A stretch of DNA of 64,000 nucleotides from an uncultured Bacteroidales bacterium (GCA_902786725.1 CADADP010000007.1:1303-65302); one strand, 5' to 3'; counted from the first letter of the stretch, positions 37,235-46,909 are shown. Notes: a model not told the origin generated them from the letters alone. Program-made: numbers and translations.

Positions 37235-38554
37235 TTAATATTCCTTCGACTTCTTGCCCTCCGCAATCAGGAACACACATGCTGCGCCGGCTATAAGCAA
37301 TGCTCCGGCAAGCATCAGCATGTTGCCCTGCACGCTTCCAAACCAGCTCAGAAGCACGCCGCCAAGCAACGCCGCCACTATCTGCGGAATGCATATCGTG
37401 CAGTTAAACAGACCCAGGAACGTTCCCATATACTTGCTGCCCTCCAACGCGTTGGTTACCAGCGTAAACGGCATAGCCAGCATCGCGGCCCACGCAAAAC
37501 CTATCAGGAAATACGGGACAAACAGCAAGAACTTGTCGTGAACGTAAGGAACCATCAAGAAACCTATTCCGCCCACAACCAGACTCAACGCATAAGCCAC
37601 CTTGATGTTCTTGAACCGTGGCAACGCCATGGCCCACAGCACACTGCCTATAGCCTGCACGGCAAACAGCACGCCCACCCAGTTTCCGGCATCCTGATAT
37701 CCGGCCGATTTGGGATCCAGCGTTCCCCACACTGTGTGGGCTATGGTGCCGTTAGTGTAGGTCCACATATACATGAACGCCGCCCAGCAGAAGAATTGCA
37801 CCAGGCCCACCTGCAAGAACACCTGCAAAGCTTTGTTCTTGCTGCCGCCGGCGGCCACCTCGGCCTCGTTCTTCTCGTTGGCCGACTCCTGGAACTCAGC
37901 CATCTGAGCCGGACTGTATTCTTTCACGTTCATTGTCGTGTAAATCACGCACAATATCAGAATTATCGCTCCCACGTAGAACGACCACTTCACCGAGTCG
38001 GGGACAACGCCCTCAGCCGCCACGTTCTGGATTCCTATCCACGTGAATATCAGCGGAAACAGATACCCCACAAGACTTCCGGCATTACACAGGAAACTCT
38101 GTATCGAATACGCCTCGGCCTTCTGCTTCTCGTTCACCATGTCGCCCACCATCATCTTAAACGGCTGCATGGCCATGTTGATGCTCGTGTCAAGGAACAT
38201 CAGCGACAACAGCCCGAACGTCATCGCGCTCATTATTGTGAACTCCAGGTTTCCGGCATTGGGCAGCAGGAACATCACTGCCACGGCCACTGCGGCGCCC
38301 ACAAACAGATATGGTATCCTTCGTCCAAAGCGCGTCCACGTCTTGTCACTGAACAAGCCCACCAGCGGCTGAACTATCATACCCATCAACGGCGGCAAAA
38401 TCCAAAAGTAACTCAAGTTGTGAGGATCGGCCCCAAGCGTGGCGAAAATCCTACTGATATTGGCACTCTGCAGAGCATACGCTATCTGCACTCCAAAGAA
38501 TCCGAAACTAATGTTCCATAGTTTCCAAAAACTTAAATCCGGTTTTGTTTTCAT
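37235..38554 (-). CDS. MFS (SLC45/MalT-like) maltose/maltodextrin transporter
   Basis: FGFFGVQ, QPLVGLFSD...GRRIPY, DTSINMAMQPF; first gene of the alpha-glucan operon. Confidence 0.88.
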   Translation of the reverse strand: MKTKPDLSFWKLWNISFGFFGVQIAYALQSANISRIFATLGADPHNLSYFWILPPLMGMIVQPLVGLFSDKTWTRFGRRIPYLFVGAAVAVAVMFLLPNAGNLEFTIMSAMTFGLLSLMFLDTSINMAMQPFKMMVGDMVNEKQKAEAYSIQSFLCNAGSLVGYLFPLIFTWIGIQNVAAEGVVPDSVKWSFYVGAIILILCVIYTTMNVKEYSPAQMAEFQESANEKNEAEVAAGGSKNKALQVFLQVGLVQFFCWAAFMYMWTYTNGTIAHTVWGTLDPKSAGYQDAGNWVGVLFAVQAIGSVLWAMALPRFKNIKVAYALSLVVGGIGFLMVPYVHDKFLLFVPYFLIGFAWAAMLAMPFTLVTNALEGSKYMGTFLGLFNCTICIPQIVAALLGGVLLSWFGSVQGNMLMLAGALLIAGAACVFLIAEGKKSKEY

Positions 38555-38670
38555 CGTTATTGTTATTGTTATTTTGTTTTTCAGTTCTGTTACTTGGCAC
38601 TTCTCACAAAGTTAACTCTTTTTAAACCCCATTTCAACCCTTTTTTGCCCCTTTAAACAACAAAAATCAC

Positions 38671-38683
38671 GCAATCGTTTGCA
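38671..38683 (-). promoter_or_regulatory. LacI-type operator copy 1
   Basis: GCAATCGTTTGCA; 64-bp offset from the -7 box TAACTTTG (38607-38614, minus). Confidence 0.8.
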
Positions 38684-38758
38684 CGCACTCTCAAAAAATC
38701 AAGGCCAAGACTTATCGCCCCGGCCCCATATTTCTTCGTAACACTCTTGATTTTGATC

Positions 38759-39241
38759 TCACAATCTGAACGCTATGGGCAACACCACGCGCACTGCCAC
38801 AGCAACACCGCCCACCTTGCCCACTGTCCACTTGGGCATAAGCCTTATCACTCGCAGGGCCTCGCGGTTCAGGCTCTCATCGCTCGCTCCGCGTATCACC
38901 TTGGCATTACTCACTTTCCCGTCTTTCCCCACTATAAAACTACACAACACGCGACCCTGAACCTTTCTGTGATAGGCCTCGTAAGGATACTCGCGGGTCT
39001 TGTTCACATAGTTTATCAGCGCGCTCTCGCCTCCGGGAAACTGCGGCTGTACATCCACATAATCAAATTCATAAACATCCAGATATTCCTTGCCGCTCGG
39101 AGCCGACGGGTTACATATAGTCACATGACTCACCTGCGACTGTGCCGACAGGCATATCAGCATAGCCAATGATAGCGCCACCCATCTCGCAGCGTTTACA
39201 ATATTTCGTGACTTCGTGTGTGTGTAATTCCGTAGTTCCAT
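38759..39241 (-). CDS. TonB C-terminal domain protein
   Basis: PQFPGG, YPYEA...QGRV, MPKW, PIAF. Confidence 0.88.
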   Translation of the reverse strand: MELRNYTHTKSRNIVNAARWVALSLAMLICLSAQSQVSHVTICNPSAPSGKEYLDVYEFDYVDVQPQFPGGESALINYVNKTREYPYEAYHRKVQGRVLCSFIVGKDGKVSNAKVIRGASDESLNREALRVIRLMPKWTVGKVGGVAVAVRVVLPIAFRL

Positions 39242-39554
39242 TTCGCTAAAAATTTTTTTTCTTTTGCAAATATAATTGCCTGATTTAAATTATCATACTT
39301 TTTTGCCCATTTTTTGAAAATGATTAATATTGTTTTAATTTTTTTTACATATTTGTGGGCCATCGGTAACTATTCAGCCAATCGGCAAAAGCAAACTTGT
39401 AAAGCAATATTTTAAATACACATTTTAACCCCAATCGGTCGTTAGAATTTATGTCATTTGGAAACCCCAATCGTCGATTTAGGTTTATTTCATGCTTATT
39501 TTTTTCACTATCACTTATACTACAACCACCCGTTTCCTCGTTATTATCATAACT

Positions 39555-40580
39555 ATGACTGCATTTTTTAGACACATCATCATATTTTCTCTCTGCGCAC
39601 TCGCTTTCAGCGCTAATGCGCAGACCGAAACCAACGCCTATCAGTTCTTGAACGTCTCGCCTTCGAGCCACGTTTACGGACTCGGTGGACACAATGTCGC
39701 TCTAATCGACGACGACATCAATCTCGTGGAACAAAACCCGGCCCTGCTCGGCCCCGAAATCGACAAACAAATCGGGCTCAACTACATGCGATACATCGGG
39801 AGCACCAACTTCATGGGCGCACGCTACGGCATGGGCATCAACGAACATTGCGCTTGGGCGGCCGGCATCCAATACTACGGATATGGCTCTTTCACCGCCA
39901 CAGAGGCCGATGGCTCGGTATCCGGCACTTTCTCCGCGCGTGACCTCGCCGTTAACGCCACATTCTCGCACGATATCACCGACAACCTGCGCGGCGGTGT
40001 CAACCTCAAATTCGCACACTCCAAGTACGAGTCATACTCATCGGCAGCCATCGCAGCCGACCTCGGTATCAACTACTACAACCCCGAGAAAGAACTTTCG
40101 CTATCGCTCGTGGTGAAAAATCTGGGTGGTGAGATCAAGAAATTCAGCGACGTCAAGGCATCTGTACCCTGGGACATACAGATTGGGTACTCACAGATTC
40201 TGCGCTCAGTGCCGTTCCGAATCTCCATCACCGCCTACAACCTACGTTACTGGCACCTTCCTTATTATGAGCCACAGGACAAGTCTAACTCATCATCTGC
40301 CTTAATCAAGCGCGACAAGTTTATGTCCAACCTATTCCGGCACCTTGTCTTCGGACTCGAATACGTGCCCAGCGACAGACTCTACATCGGACTCGGCTAC
40401 AACTACAAGACACGAACCGATATGTCCACCTATAAGCGAAACTTCATCTCCGGACTGTCACTCGCCGCCGGACTCAAGGTCAAAGCATTCGGATTTGGCA
40501 TAGCTCTGGCTCAACCTCACACCGGAGCCACCACTTTCATGGTCAACCTCACCGCATCACTCGCACAACTCCTCCACTAA
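39555..40580 (+). CDS. porQ: Type IX secretion system protein PorQ-like
   Basis: Signal peptide, AYQFLN...GLGG, QNPALL, beta-barrel pattern, FRHLVFG; start taken at MTAFF. Confidence 0.75.
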   Translation: MTAFFRHIIIFSLCALAFSANAQTETNAYQFLNVSPSSHVYGLGGHNVALIDDDINLVEQNPALLGPEIDKQIGLNYMRYIGSTNFMGARYGMGINEHCAWAAGIQYYGYGSFTATEADGSVSGTFSARDLAVNATFSHDITDNLRGGVNLKFAHSKYESYSSAAIAADLGINYYNPEKELSLSLVVKNLGGEIKKFSDVKASVPWDIQIGYSQILRSVPFRISITAYNLRYWHLPYYEPQDKSNSSSALIKRDKFMSNLFRHLVFGLEYVPSDRLYIGLGYNYKTRTDMSTYKRNFISGLSLAAGLKVKAFGFGIALAQPHTGATTFMVNLTASLAQLLH

Positions 40581-40602
40581 TCACCCACACACTATCAACT
40601 CA

Positions 40603-41673
40603 ATGAAACGTATCGCTTACCTTGACTTCTTGCGTGCATTCGCAACAATTGGTGTGGTAATACTGCACACAGCAGCTTCTCATTGGAGCAAGGCTTTCCC
40701 ATCCGCGGATTGGTTCGTACTCAACTTTTTTGACAGTGCCGTAAGGTGGACAGTTCCCATTTTTGTCATGATTTCAGGTGCATTGTTTCTCGACCCTCAA
40801 AAGGAATTTTCCATTCGCCGTCTTTACAGCAAGAATCTGCTTCGCATCGTCACCGCATTCCTGTTTTGGTCTTTAATATTTTGTTCTTGGTTCATTTTCC
40901 ATAATTTGCGAAAGTACGGATATGATTTCAATAACGTTCCACTTCACGATGCTATTCGCCTATTTGTAACCGGCGAGCACCACTTGTGGTTCTTGTGGAT
41001 GATTGCAGGGCTCTACATTTTGCTTCCCATTTTGCGATTAATCAATTCAGACAAAAGAATCACTCGCTATTTTCTCATTTTAGTTTTCATCTCAGTTTAC
41101 ATTCTTCCTTTCGGCTTCTTGGCTCTGAAAATGTTATTCCCTTCTTGTGATGATATTACCGAGGCGCTTATCACCAATTTCAACAAGTCTGGAATTGCAA
41201 CTTTGCCTGGATTTGCGCTCTATTTCATCCTTGGGCACAAACTTGCCTGCAACAATATGCCTAAAAATCAGAAACAAATCATACACTTTGCAGCAGCATG
41301 CAGTTTCGTTCTCATAATAATCGGCACTTATGCAGTTTCTGCCATCGCTGGCGAGGCTCGCGACTATTTCTACGCCTACACCACACCGTTCGTCCTCATT
41401 ATCTCTGTTTCGGTATTTATATTGGCTAAGGACTATTTTCTCAAAGGACATCGTCACTGTTCATCGGCTATCAGCACCATCTCTGCCGTAAGTTTCGGAA
41501 TCTATCTTATCCACCCTCTATTCATCAATATGATGGTCGAGACACCATTCTTCAGCACTCCGGCATATGCGCTTTTAACCGTTCCCGTTGTAAGCATCAT
41601 CGTGTTTTTAGTGTCATTCGCCGCATCATGGGTCTTAAACAGAATTCCTGGCCTGCGCCGCTACATCGTGTAA
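40603..41673 (+). CDS. Acyltransferase family 3 (membrane O-acyltransferase)
   Basis: YLDFLRAFA, VPIFVMISG, HLWFL, SFGIYLIHP. Confidence 0.9.
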   Translation: MKRIAYLDFLRAFATIGVVILHTAASHWSKAFPSADWFVLNFFDSAVRWTVPIFVMISGALFLDPQKEFSIRRLYSKNLLRIVTAFLFWSLIFCSWFIFHNLRKYGYDFNNVPLHDAIRLFVTGEHHLWFLWMIAGLYILLPILRLINSDKRITRYFLILVFISVYILPFGFLALKMLFPSCDDITEALITNFNKSGIATLPGFALYFILGHKLACNNMPKNQKQIIHFAAACSFVLIIIGTYAVSAIAGEARDYFYAYTTPFVLIISVSVFILAKDYFLKGHRHCSSAISTISAVSFGIYLIHPLFINMMVETPFFSTPAYALLTVPVVSIIVFLVSFAASWVLNRIPGLRRYIV

Positions 41674-41802
41674 AAATCCTCGCACGTAGCGCTGTGCCCC
41701 ATCACCCTGACGCACCACCCCTGCTGTAAGGATACTGCGCACGGCTCGTCCGCGTGGCACTTCTACACCCGCAAGACCCTTTTCCGTGCCCAGCTTATTC
41801 CT

Positions 41803-41838
41803 GCTCTATAGGTCCTATTGGTCATATAGGCCCTATCC
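41803..41838 (+). repeat. Degenerate 9-bp tandem repeat, 4 units
   Basis: GCTCTATAG GTCCTATTG GTCATATAG GCCCTATCC. Confidence 0.55.
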
Positions 41839-42070
41839 ATGTTGTTTCATGATGTTTTTGTTGCCGTCTTTCCCCCCACCACCCCACACATACCTACAAA
41901 AATTTCAGGACCGGAAACACCTTCATGTTTCCAGCCCTGAGCGTACCCGGAGTGGAAATTGTACCCAGCAAACAATAATAACCAAGAGAAACTAACAAAA
42001 AAGAAAACCAGCCTATTAAGTTTTAAATTTTTCACTTGATTTCATAAAAAAGACCTTATTTTGACAAAAT

Positions 42071-42091
42071 TTGCTTATTGGTTGCTTATTG
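42071..42091 (+). repeat. Putative integrase arm-type sites, left
   Basis: TTGCTTATTG-G-TTGCTTATTG; the same pair occurs at 46889-46909. Confidence 0.75.
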
Positions 42092-42147
42092 AGTGAAAAC
42101 AAAATATTACCTTTGCAAAGTAAAGGAAATAAAGAGCAATAAAGACA

Positions 42148-43389
42148 ATGGCAACCAAAAAGAATTACAGGGCTAACAATACCTATCTAATTGAGGGTGC
42201 AAGTGGCGATAACCCCAAACTATTTGCACAGGTATTGAGTGACGGTAGAGAGAGCCTATATTTGGAGTTTTATTTAGGCTATACCGAGGCGGTGAGCAAG
42301 AGCGGTAACACTTACAAGAAAGTGAACCGCCAAACCGAGCGTTTAGGGCTTTACCTGTGGCAAGCGCCAAGAACCCCGATTGAGCGACAGCAAAACAAAG
42401 AAACGTTAGCCCTCGCCAAAAAAATACGTTATGAGCGTGGGCAAGAGTTGTTAGAGAAGAATGAGGGTTACAGGCTGGCAAAGCCCAAAGACATTGATTT
42501 TATTGCTTACTTTCAATCCTACATTGAGAGTTACACCAAGAAAGATATTAGGATGATCGAAATTGCTTTGCACCGCTTTCAAGATTTTTTGAGAGATACA
42601 GCCGAGTACAAGAAATTTCAAAAGCATATCACGCCCCAGCAAATAAGCCGTGAAATGATGTTGACATTTACCGAGTACCTACAAAGTAGGAGTATAGGCG
42701 AGGGGGCAAAGAGCCTGTTTGCACGCTTTAAGAAAGTCTATAAAAGTTGTGGGGTTAAGTACAAGTTTAACTATAACGAGCCGTTTACCGATGTTGACGG
42801 CAAAACGATAAGCATTAAGGTTGACGAAAACCAATTAAGGAAAGAAATATTATCGCTTGATGAGATTGCACAATTAGCCTCAACCCACTATGATAATGAA
42901 AACCCCAATATTAGGCGTGCTTTCCTGTTTTGCCTCTATACAGGGTTGAGATTTTGTGATGTGAAAGACCTTACATTTACAAACGTGGATTTTGCCAACC
43001 GCCTGTTAAAGTTTGAGCAAAACAAGACCAAAGGACACAGCGTTAACAGCGGTGTAGTGATACCGCTTGATGAAACCCACCTAAAACTAATTGGCGAGCC
43101 GTCACAGCCCGATAACAGGGGCGAGGTTATATTTCCCTTACCGAGTTATGAAATGTGCCTAAAAGCCCTTAAAAGGTGGGTTAAACGTGCCGGAATTTCC
43201 AAGCATATTAGTTGGCATTGTGCAAGACATAGTTTTGCCGTGAATATCTTGAACAATGGGGCTAATATTAAGACCGTGGCGAGCCTGTTAGGTCACAGCG
43301 GTTTGAAACACACCGAGAAATATACAAGAGCGGTTGACAGCCTAAAACAACAGGCGATTGCCAGCCTACCAGCGTTAAATATTGATTGA
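42148..43389 (+). CDS. Tyrosine integrase (Bacteroidales NBU/CTn type)
   Basis: Catalytic TGLRFCD, KT, HCARHSFA, LGH, Y; N-terminal arm-binding SLYLEFY. Confidence 0.95.
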   Translation: MATKKNYRANNTYLIEGASGDNPKLFAQVLSDGRESLYLEFYLGYTEAVSKSGNTYKKVNRQTERLGLYLWQAPRTPIERQQNKETLALAKKIRYERGQELLEKNEGYRLAKPKDIDFIAYFQSYIESYTKKDIRMIEIALHRFQDFLRDTAEYKKFQKHITPQQISREMMLTFTEYLQSRSIGEGAKSLFARFKKVYKSCGVKYKFNYNEPFTDVDGKTISIKVDENQLRKEILSLDEIAQLASTHYDNENPNIRRAFLFCLYTGLRFCDVKDLTFTNVDFANRLLKFEQNKTKGHSVNSGVVIPLDETHLKLIGEPSQPDNRGEVIFPLPSYEMCLKALKRWVKRAGISKHISWHCARHSFAVNILNNGANIKTVASLLGHSGLKHTEKYTRAVDSLKQQAIASLPALNID

Positions 43390-43392
43390 GTT

Positions 43393-44106
43393 ATGGAGAA
43401 AGTGATTTTAAGGCTTATCGGCGATTTAAGTACATTGCTTGATTGTCCTAATCCGTGGGTTGAGAGGTTGGCCGATTATGAGCCACTTCCAACGGAAACG
43501 ATAAAAACGCTTGACAATGAATTGCCAAACCTTTTGGCATATTGCAAGCGAGTGAGCGTTAGCCCCGAGGTTAAAGTGTTGATGAACCTTTTAGCCGAGG
43601 TTATTAACAAATATGGGGCTACAAGCGGCGTTAGCCATTATCGATACAGCGGTTACACCTTCAACGCTTTTGCTGACACACCAAGAGAGATTGAAGAAAC
43701 CTGTATATACAGCCTCAACCAAGATTTAGCCAACAGTTGTAAGCCGTGGTTATATTGGTTATATCAATACTTCCCACCCCAAGCGAGTGAGGGTGTAGAT
43801 GAATTGCCCACAGTCGAATTACAAGAACTGCCAACCGAACTAAACACCGAGCCAGCGAGGAAATATTTTGCAAGAGCGGTTGAGGCCGGTTTGATGAGCG
43901 AGCAATATTTATGGCGAGGCACAAAAGCACAATTAGGCTACTTTTGCTCAAAAGTATTTGAGCAACCCCGACCAATTATGATATTAGAGGGCTTTTTCAA
44001 TGTGAAAAATCTTGCCGCCTCAATCACACAGGCGAGTTATGAACCCAAGCGAGCCGATGTAAAGAAATGGCGAGCCGAGTTAGATAGAACAATATTTTTT
44101 GACTAA
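43393..44106 (+). CDS. Hypothetical element protein downstream of the integrase
   Basis: 237-aa ORF 3 bp after int, same strand; function not recognised. Confidence 0.75.
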   Translation: MEKVILRLIGDLSTLLDCPNPWVERLADYEPLPTETIKTLDNELPNLLAYCKRVSVSPEVKVLMNLLAEVINKYGATSGVSHYRYSGYTFNAFADTPREIEETCIYSLNQDLANSCKPWLYWLYQYFPPQASEGVDELPTVELQELPTELNTEPARKYFARAVEAGLMSEQYLWRGTKAQLGYFCSKVFEQPRPIMILEGFFNVKNLAASITQASYEPKRADVKKWRAELDRTIFFD

Positions 44107-44124
44107 TAACAGCACAACAAAGAA

Positions 44125-44225
44125 GCTGTTTTTATGGGCTATAAATAGTTTTTTTATAGCTCGACAACAACAAGGTTGCAACAAGGATGGCTGTTTTTAT
44201 GGGCTATAAATAGTTTTTTTATAGC
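44125..44225. repeat. Two identical 36-bp repeats separated by 29 bp
   Basis: GCTGTTTTTATGGGCTATAAATAGTTTTTTTATAGC at 44125-44160 and 44190-44225. Confidence 0.93.
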
Positions 44226-44375
44226 CTATTTTCTTGTTTTCTAATACCCTCTACCTTTGCCGATGATTTCACAAAGGGGCGAGAGTGTGAGCCGCCCCAG
44301 CGTGAAACCACAGGGCAAAGATTGTGCCGCCTCACACCGACCACAGGAAAGCCCCGACCCTAACGCTTAAACAAT

Positions 44376-44669
44376 ATGAGCCAAGAGGATTTGAACCAAA
44401 TTACCGATTTGGTAACGGCAAGAACAATATTTGCCACAAAAGAGGTTTTAACCAGCGAGGAAGCCGCCCGATATTTAGGGATTTCAAAAAGTTACCTCTA
44501 CAAATTGACTATGAGGCGAGAAATACCACACTACAAGCCAATGGGCAAGATGTGTTATTTCAACCGCCGAGAACTTGAAGCGTGGTTGCAGTCAAACCGG
44601 ATTGCCAGCGATACCGAGTTAGCAGAACAGGCCGCCGCCTACTGCAATAAGAAAGGGGGTGCAGCATGA
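44376..44669 (+). CDS. Excisionase-like HTH (HTH_17 type) protein
   Basis: LTSEEAARYLGISKSYLYKLT...IPHYKP.GK..YF.R.EL..W. Confidence 0.9.
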   Translation: MSQEDLNQITDLVTARTIFATKEVLTSEEAARYLGISKSYLYKLTMRREIPHYKPMGKMCYFNRRELEAWLQSNRIASDTELAEQAAAYCNKKGGAA

Positions 44670-45214
44670 TTTTAACCGATTACTACCGATTTGAGAAAGT
44701 AGCCACTAAAGCAAAAATGAGGCTTGATTGCACCGCCAGCACCGAGAGTTACCCGATGTTTGAACAAAACCGAGCCACCAAGCCGAGAAAAGCAAGCGAG
44801 CGTTTTGACGCTACCGCCGTGGGTGATTTGGTTGTTTATTTTGGTGATGTACCTAAAACCTTTGGCGGCGATGTACACAGGAAAGCCGATAAGAGCCTCA
44901 CAATGAAAAGCAACAATTTAAGCAGTATATTTGTACCCGACCCAGCGGTTAACCTCGCCTATGGCGATGTAAGAGGTACAAGTGACGCTATTTTGATTGT
45001 CTTTGAAGGCTTTGATGTGGTTAACGGCAAGTCCCGACAGGGGGCAATATTAGAGGTTTTTATAGCGAGAGGCAAGAGCAAAGACCGAGTGCCGCTGTAT
45101 AATCTTTTGTGTGACGGTGAACTTGATGAGGAAATTAACCTTTTGAGAGAGCGAGCCACCAAGCACCACCCAGCCGCCGCCCTCGCCGCCCAGCCCCAAG
45201 AACCCAGCGAGTAA
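44666..45214 (+). CDS. Hypothetical element protein
   Basis: 182-aa ORF coupled to xis by an ATGA overlap. Confidence 0.75.
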   Translation: MILTDYYRFEKVATKAKMRLDCTASTESYPMFEQNRATKPRKASERFDATAVGDLVVYFGDVPKTFGGDVHRKADKSLTMKSNNLSSIFVPDPAVNLAYGDVRGTSDAILIVFEGFDVVNGKSRQGAILEVFIARGKSKDRVPLYNLLCDGELDEEINLLRERATKHHPAAALAAQPQEPSE

Positions 45215-45264
45215 CTACAAAGGTGGGGGCGATTGTATCAAACCCACCTCAAAACAAACTGACA

Positions 45265-45301
45265 CTATATTAAGTTGTCACAAATTACCGATTTAGTAAT
45301 T
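45265..45301 (+). repeat. Rep-flanking repeat copy 1 (24 bp plus hairpin)
   Basis: CTATATTAAGTTGTCACAAATTAC then CGATTTA GTAATT. Confidence 0.9.
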
Positions 45302-45307
45302 TAGCCG

Positions 45308-46246
45308 ATGTTTGACACCGTTAATTTCAAGTTAACCGCCGCCGATGTTGAGGGGGTGAGTTTCATTGAGGAAACACCCTGTTACCTCACCGATGTAGCG
45401 ACCCACCAATATAACGGCGGCGATATGGTTGTTACAGGCAACCTCGCTGGCTTGAAAGTGACCGTTAACCGCTGGCAAGTGAGAGTTAAAGACGGCTCAC
45501 TTTGCAAATGGTTTTTAGGCGATAACTTCAAGTCAATGGGGCGAGCCGATGTGCAAAGAGCGGTTGAGCGGTTGAGCGATGAGTTACACCTACCTATGAA
45601 CCTCGCCGCCGTTACTCGCCTCGATGTTGGGTGCAATATTATCACCCAGCACCCCACTGAGGTTTATATAAATCATTTGGGCGTGCTGGCGAGGGCAAAC
45701 CGATTGTTACAGCCCAGCGGTTTATATTACCACCGCCGAGATGAGAAACTTTGCTTTTATGATAAGATCCGAGAGCAAAGAGCGAGGAGCGAGCAAGCGC
45801 CCGACCTCTACCGAGGCAGAAACGTTTTGAGGTATGAACAACGATACACCCACAGGCTGGCGAGTGTTTTAGGCGTGCCAGCCGTCACAGGGGCAACCCT
45901 GTTTGATGAGGCATTTTATATCGCCGTGGTCAAACGCTGGCGAGATACCTATGAGGAAATAAGAAAAATCAATGAAATTCAATTAAATTTCAACTCTATG
46001 AAAAGTAAGCAACAGTTATACCGGTTTGGGGTGTTGTCGCTTGTGGAACGTGCCGGCGGTGAGGTTGAATTTATAGGCCAAATCGCCGAGGCACAAAAGC
46101 GAGGCGAGTTGACGGCAAAACAGGCACACGATTTGAGGCAAGCGGTTAAGGTGGCGTGCCAAGAGCGAGAGGGTTTGACCGTCAAAAGCGAGGCGATTGA
46201 GGAACTTAACAAAAAGATCGCCGAGGCGGTAAGGTTTTACCGCTGA
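45308..46246 (+). CDS. Phage/plasmid rolling-circle replication initiator, gene II/X (Phage_CRI/Rep_trans-like) family
   Basis: Motif order GSLCKW..GDN, VTRLDV..N, LYY, FYDK..E, VLRYE.R. Confidence 0.75.
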   Translation: MFDTVNFKLTAADVEGVSFIEETPCYLTDVATHQYNGGDMVVTGNLAGLKVTVNRWQVRVKDGSLCKWFLGDNFKSMGRADVQRAVERLSDELHLPMNLAAVTRLDVGCNIITQHPTEVYINHLGVLARANRLLQPSGLYYHRRDEKLCFYDKIREQRARSEQAPDLYRGRNVLRYEQRYTHRLASVLGVPAVTGATLFDEAFYIAVVKRWRDTYEEIRKINEIQLNFNSMKSKQQLYRFGVLSLVERAGGEVEFIGQIAEAQKRGELTAKQAHDLRQAVKVACQEREGLTVKSEAIEELNKKIAEAVRFYR

Positions 46247-46274
46247 CACCGCCGCCCTGTTTTTCAAATTGCCT

Positions 46275-46310
46275 CTATATTAAGTTGTCACAAATTACTA
46301 AATCGGTAAC
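46275..46310 (+). repeat. Rep-flanking repeat copy 2
   Basis: CTATATTAAGTTGTCACAAATTAC then TAAATCG GTAAC. Confidence 0.9.
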
Positions 46311-46888
46311 ACTTCCAGCCGTCACCGAGGCTTATTTGTGGCCGTCTGTCGGTGCAATAATTGTTGTTAACAAAGGTGTGGTTTCATGTGAGGTTAAAAA
46401 CCGAATGAAGTAGGGCATAAGTATGACAAAACAGCGGGCTTGAACCCCGAATGAACCACGAACAACGGTAAGATTACGGTAAGGGTAAACACGTAGATAG
46501 CACGGAATGAATAGGGGTGAATAAGTGGGAGATGAGCCCAAGATAGCCACAAGGTTTTGCCGACCCACATTTGCACGGCTAACAGGGAATGAACAGGGAA
46601 ACAATCTGACTTTGAACCACAGACGAACAACGGAAACACAACGGAAACAGTTAGCGAGCCGATGAGGTTTTGCCCTGTTTCTTTTGTGCCTCGCCGTCAC
46701 ACCTCGCCACAGGTGGAAAGCAGCACCCCAGCACCGCCAGCCGCCCCGACCTCAACACCTCAACCCTCGTCGAGGCGATGAGCCGCCACCCTCAACCGCT
46801 AACACAATCCACAGCCGCCGATGTTGAACCCAACGACCGCCACAAATGAGGCAATTTTGAGGGCAAAAATGAGGTGTTGTGTTGGTTT

Positions 46889-46909
46889 TTGCTTATTGAT
46901 TGCTTATTG
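46889..46909 (+). repeat. Putative integrase arm-type sites, right
   Basis: TTGCTTATTG-A-TTGCTTATTG. Confidence 0.75.

Noticed and set aside
39427-39476. AACCCCAATCG repeated 36 bp apart upstream of porQ
   Set aside because: Only two short copies with no other occurrence seen; could be a regulator site but unsupported.
40603-41673. AT-rich acyltransferase as cargo of the integrative element
   Set aside because: It lies outside the att duplication (41943), so it is not part of the element, though it may be an older acquisition.
44125-44225. 36-bp repeat pair called as a bona fide CRISPR array
   Set aside because: Only two repeats, no cas genes or leader, and a low-complexity gap; kept as a repeat with the mimic idea flagged as unlikely.
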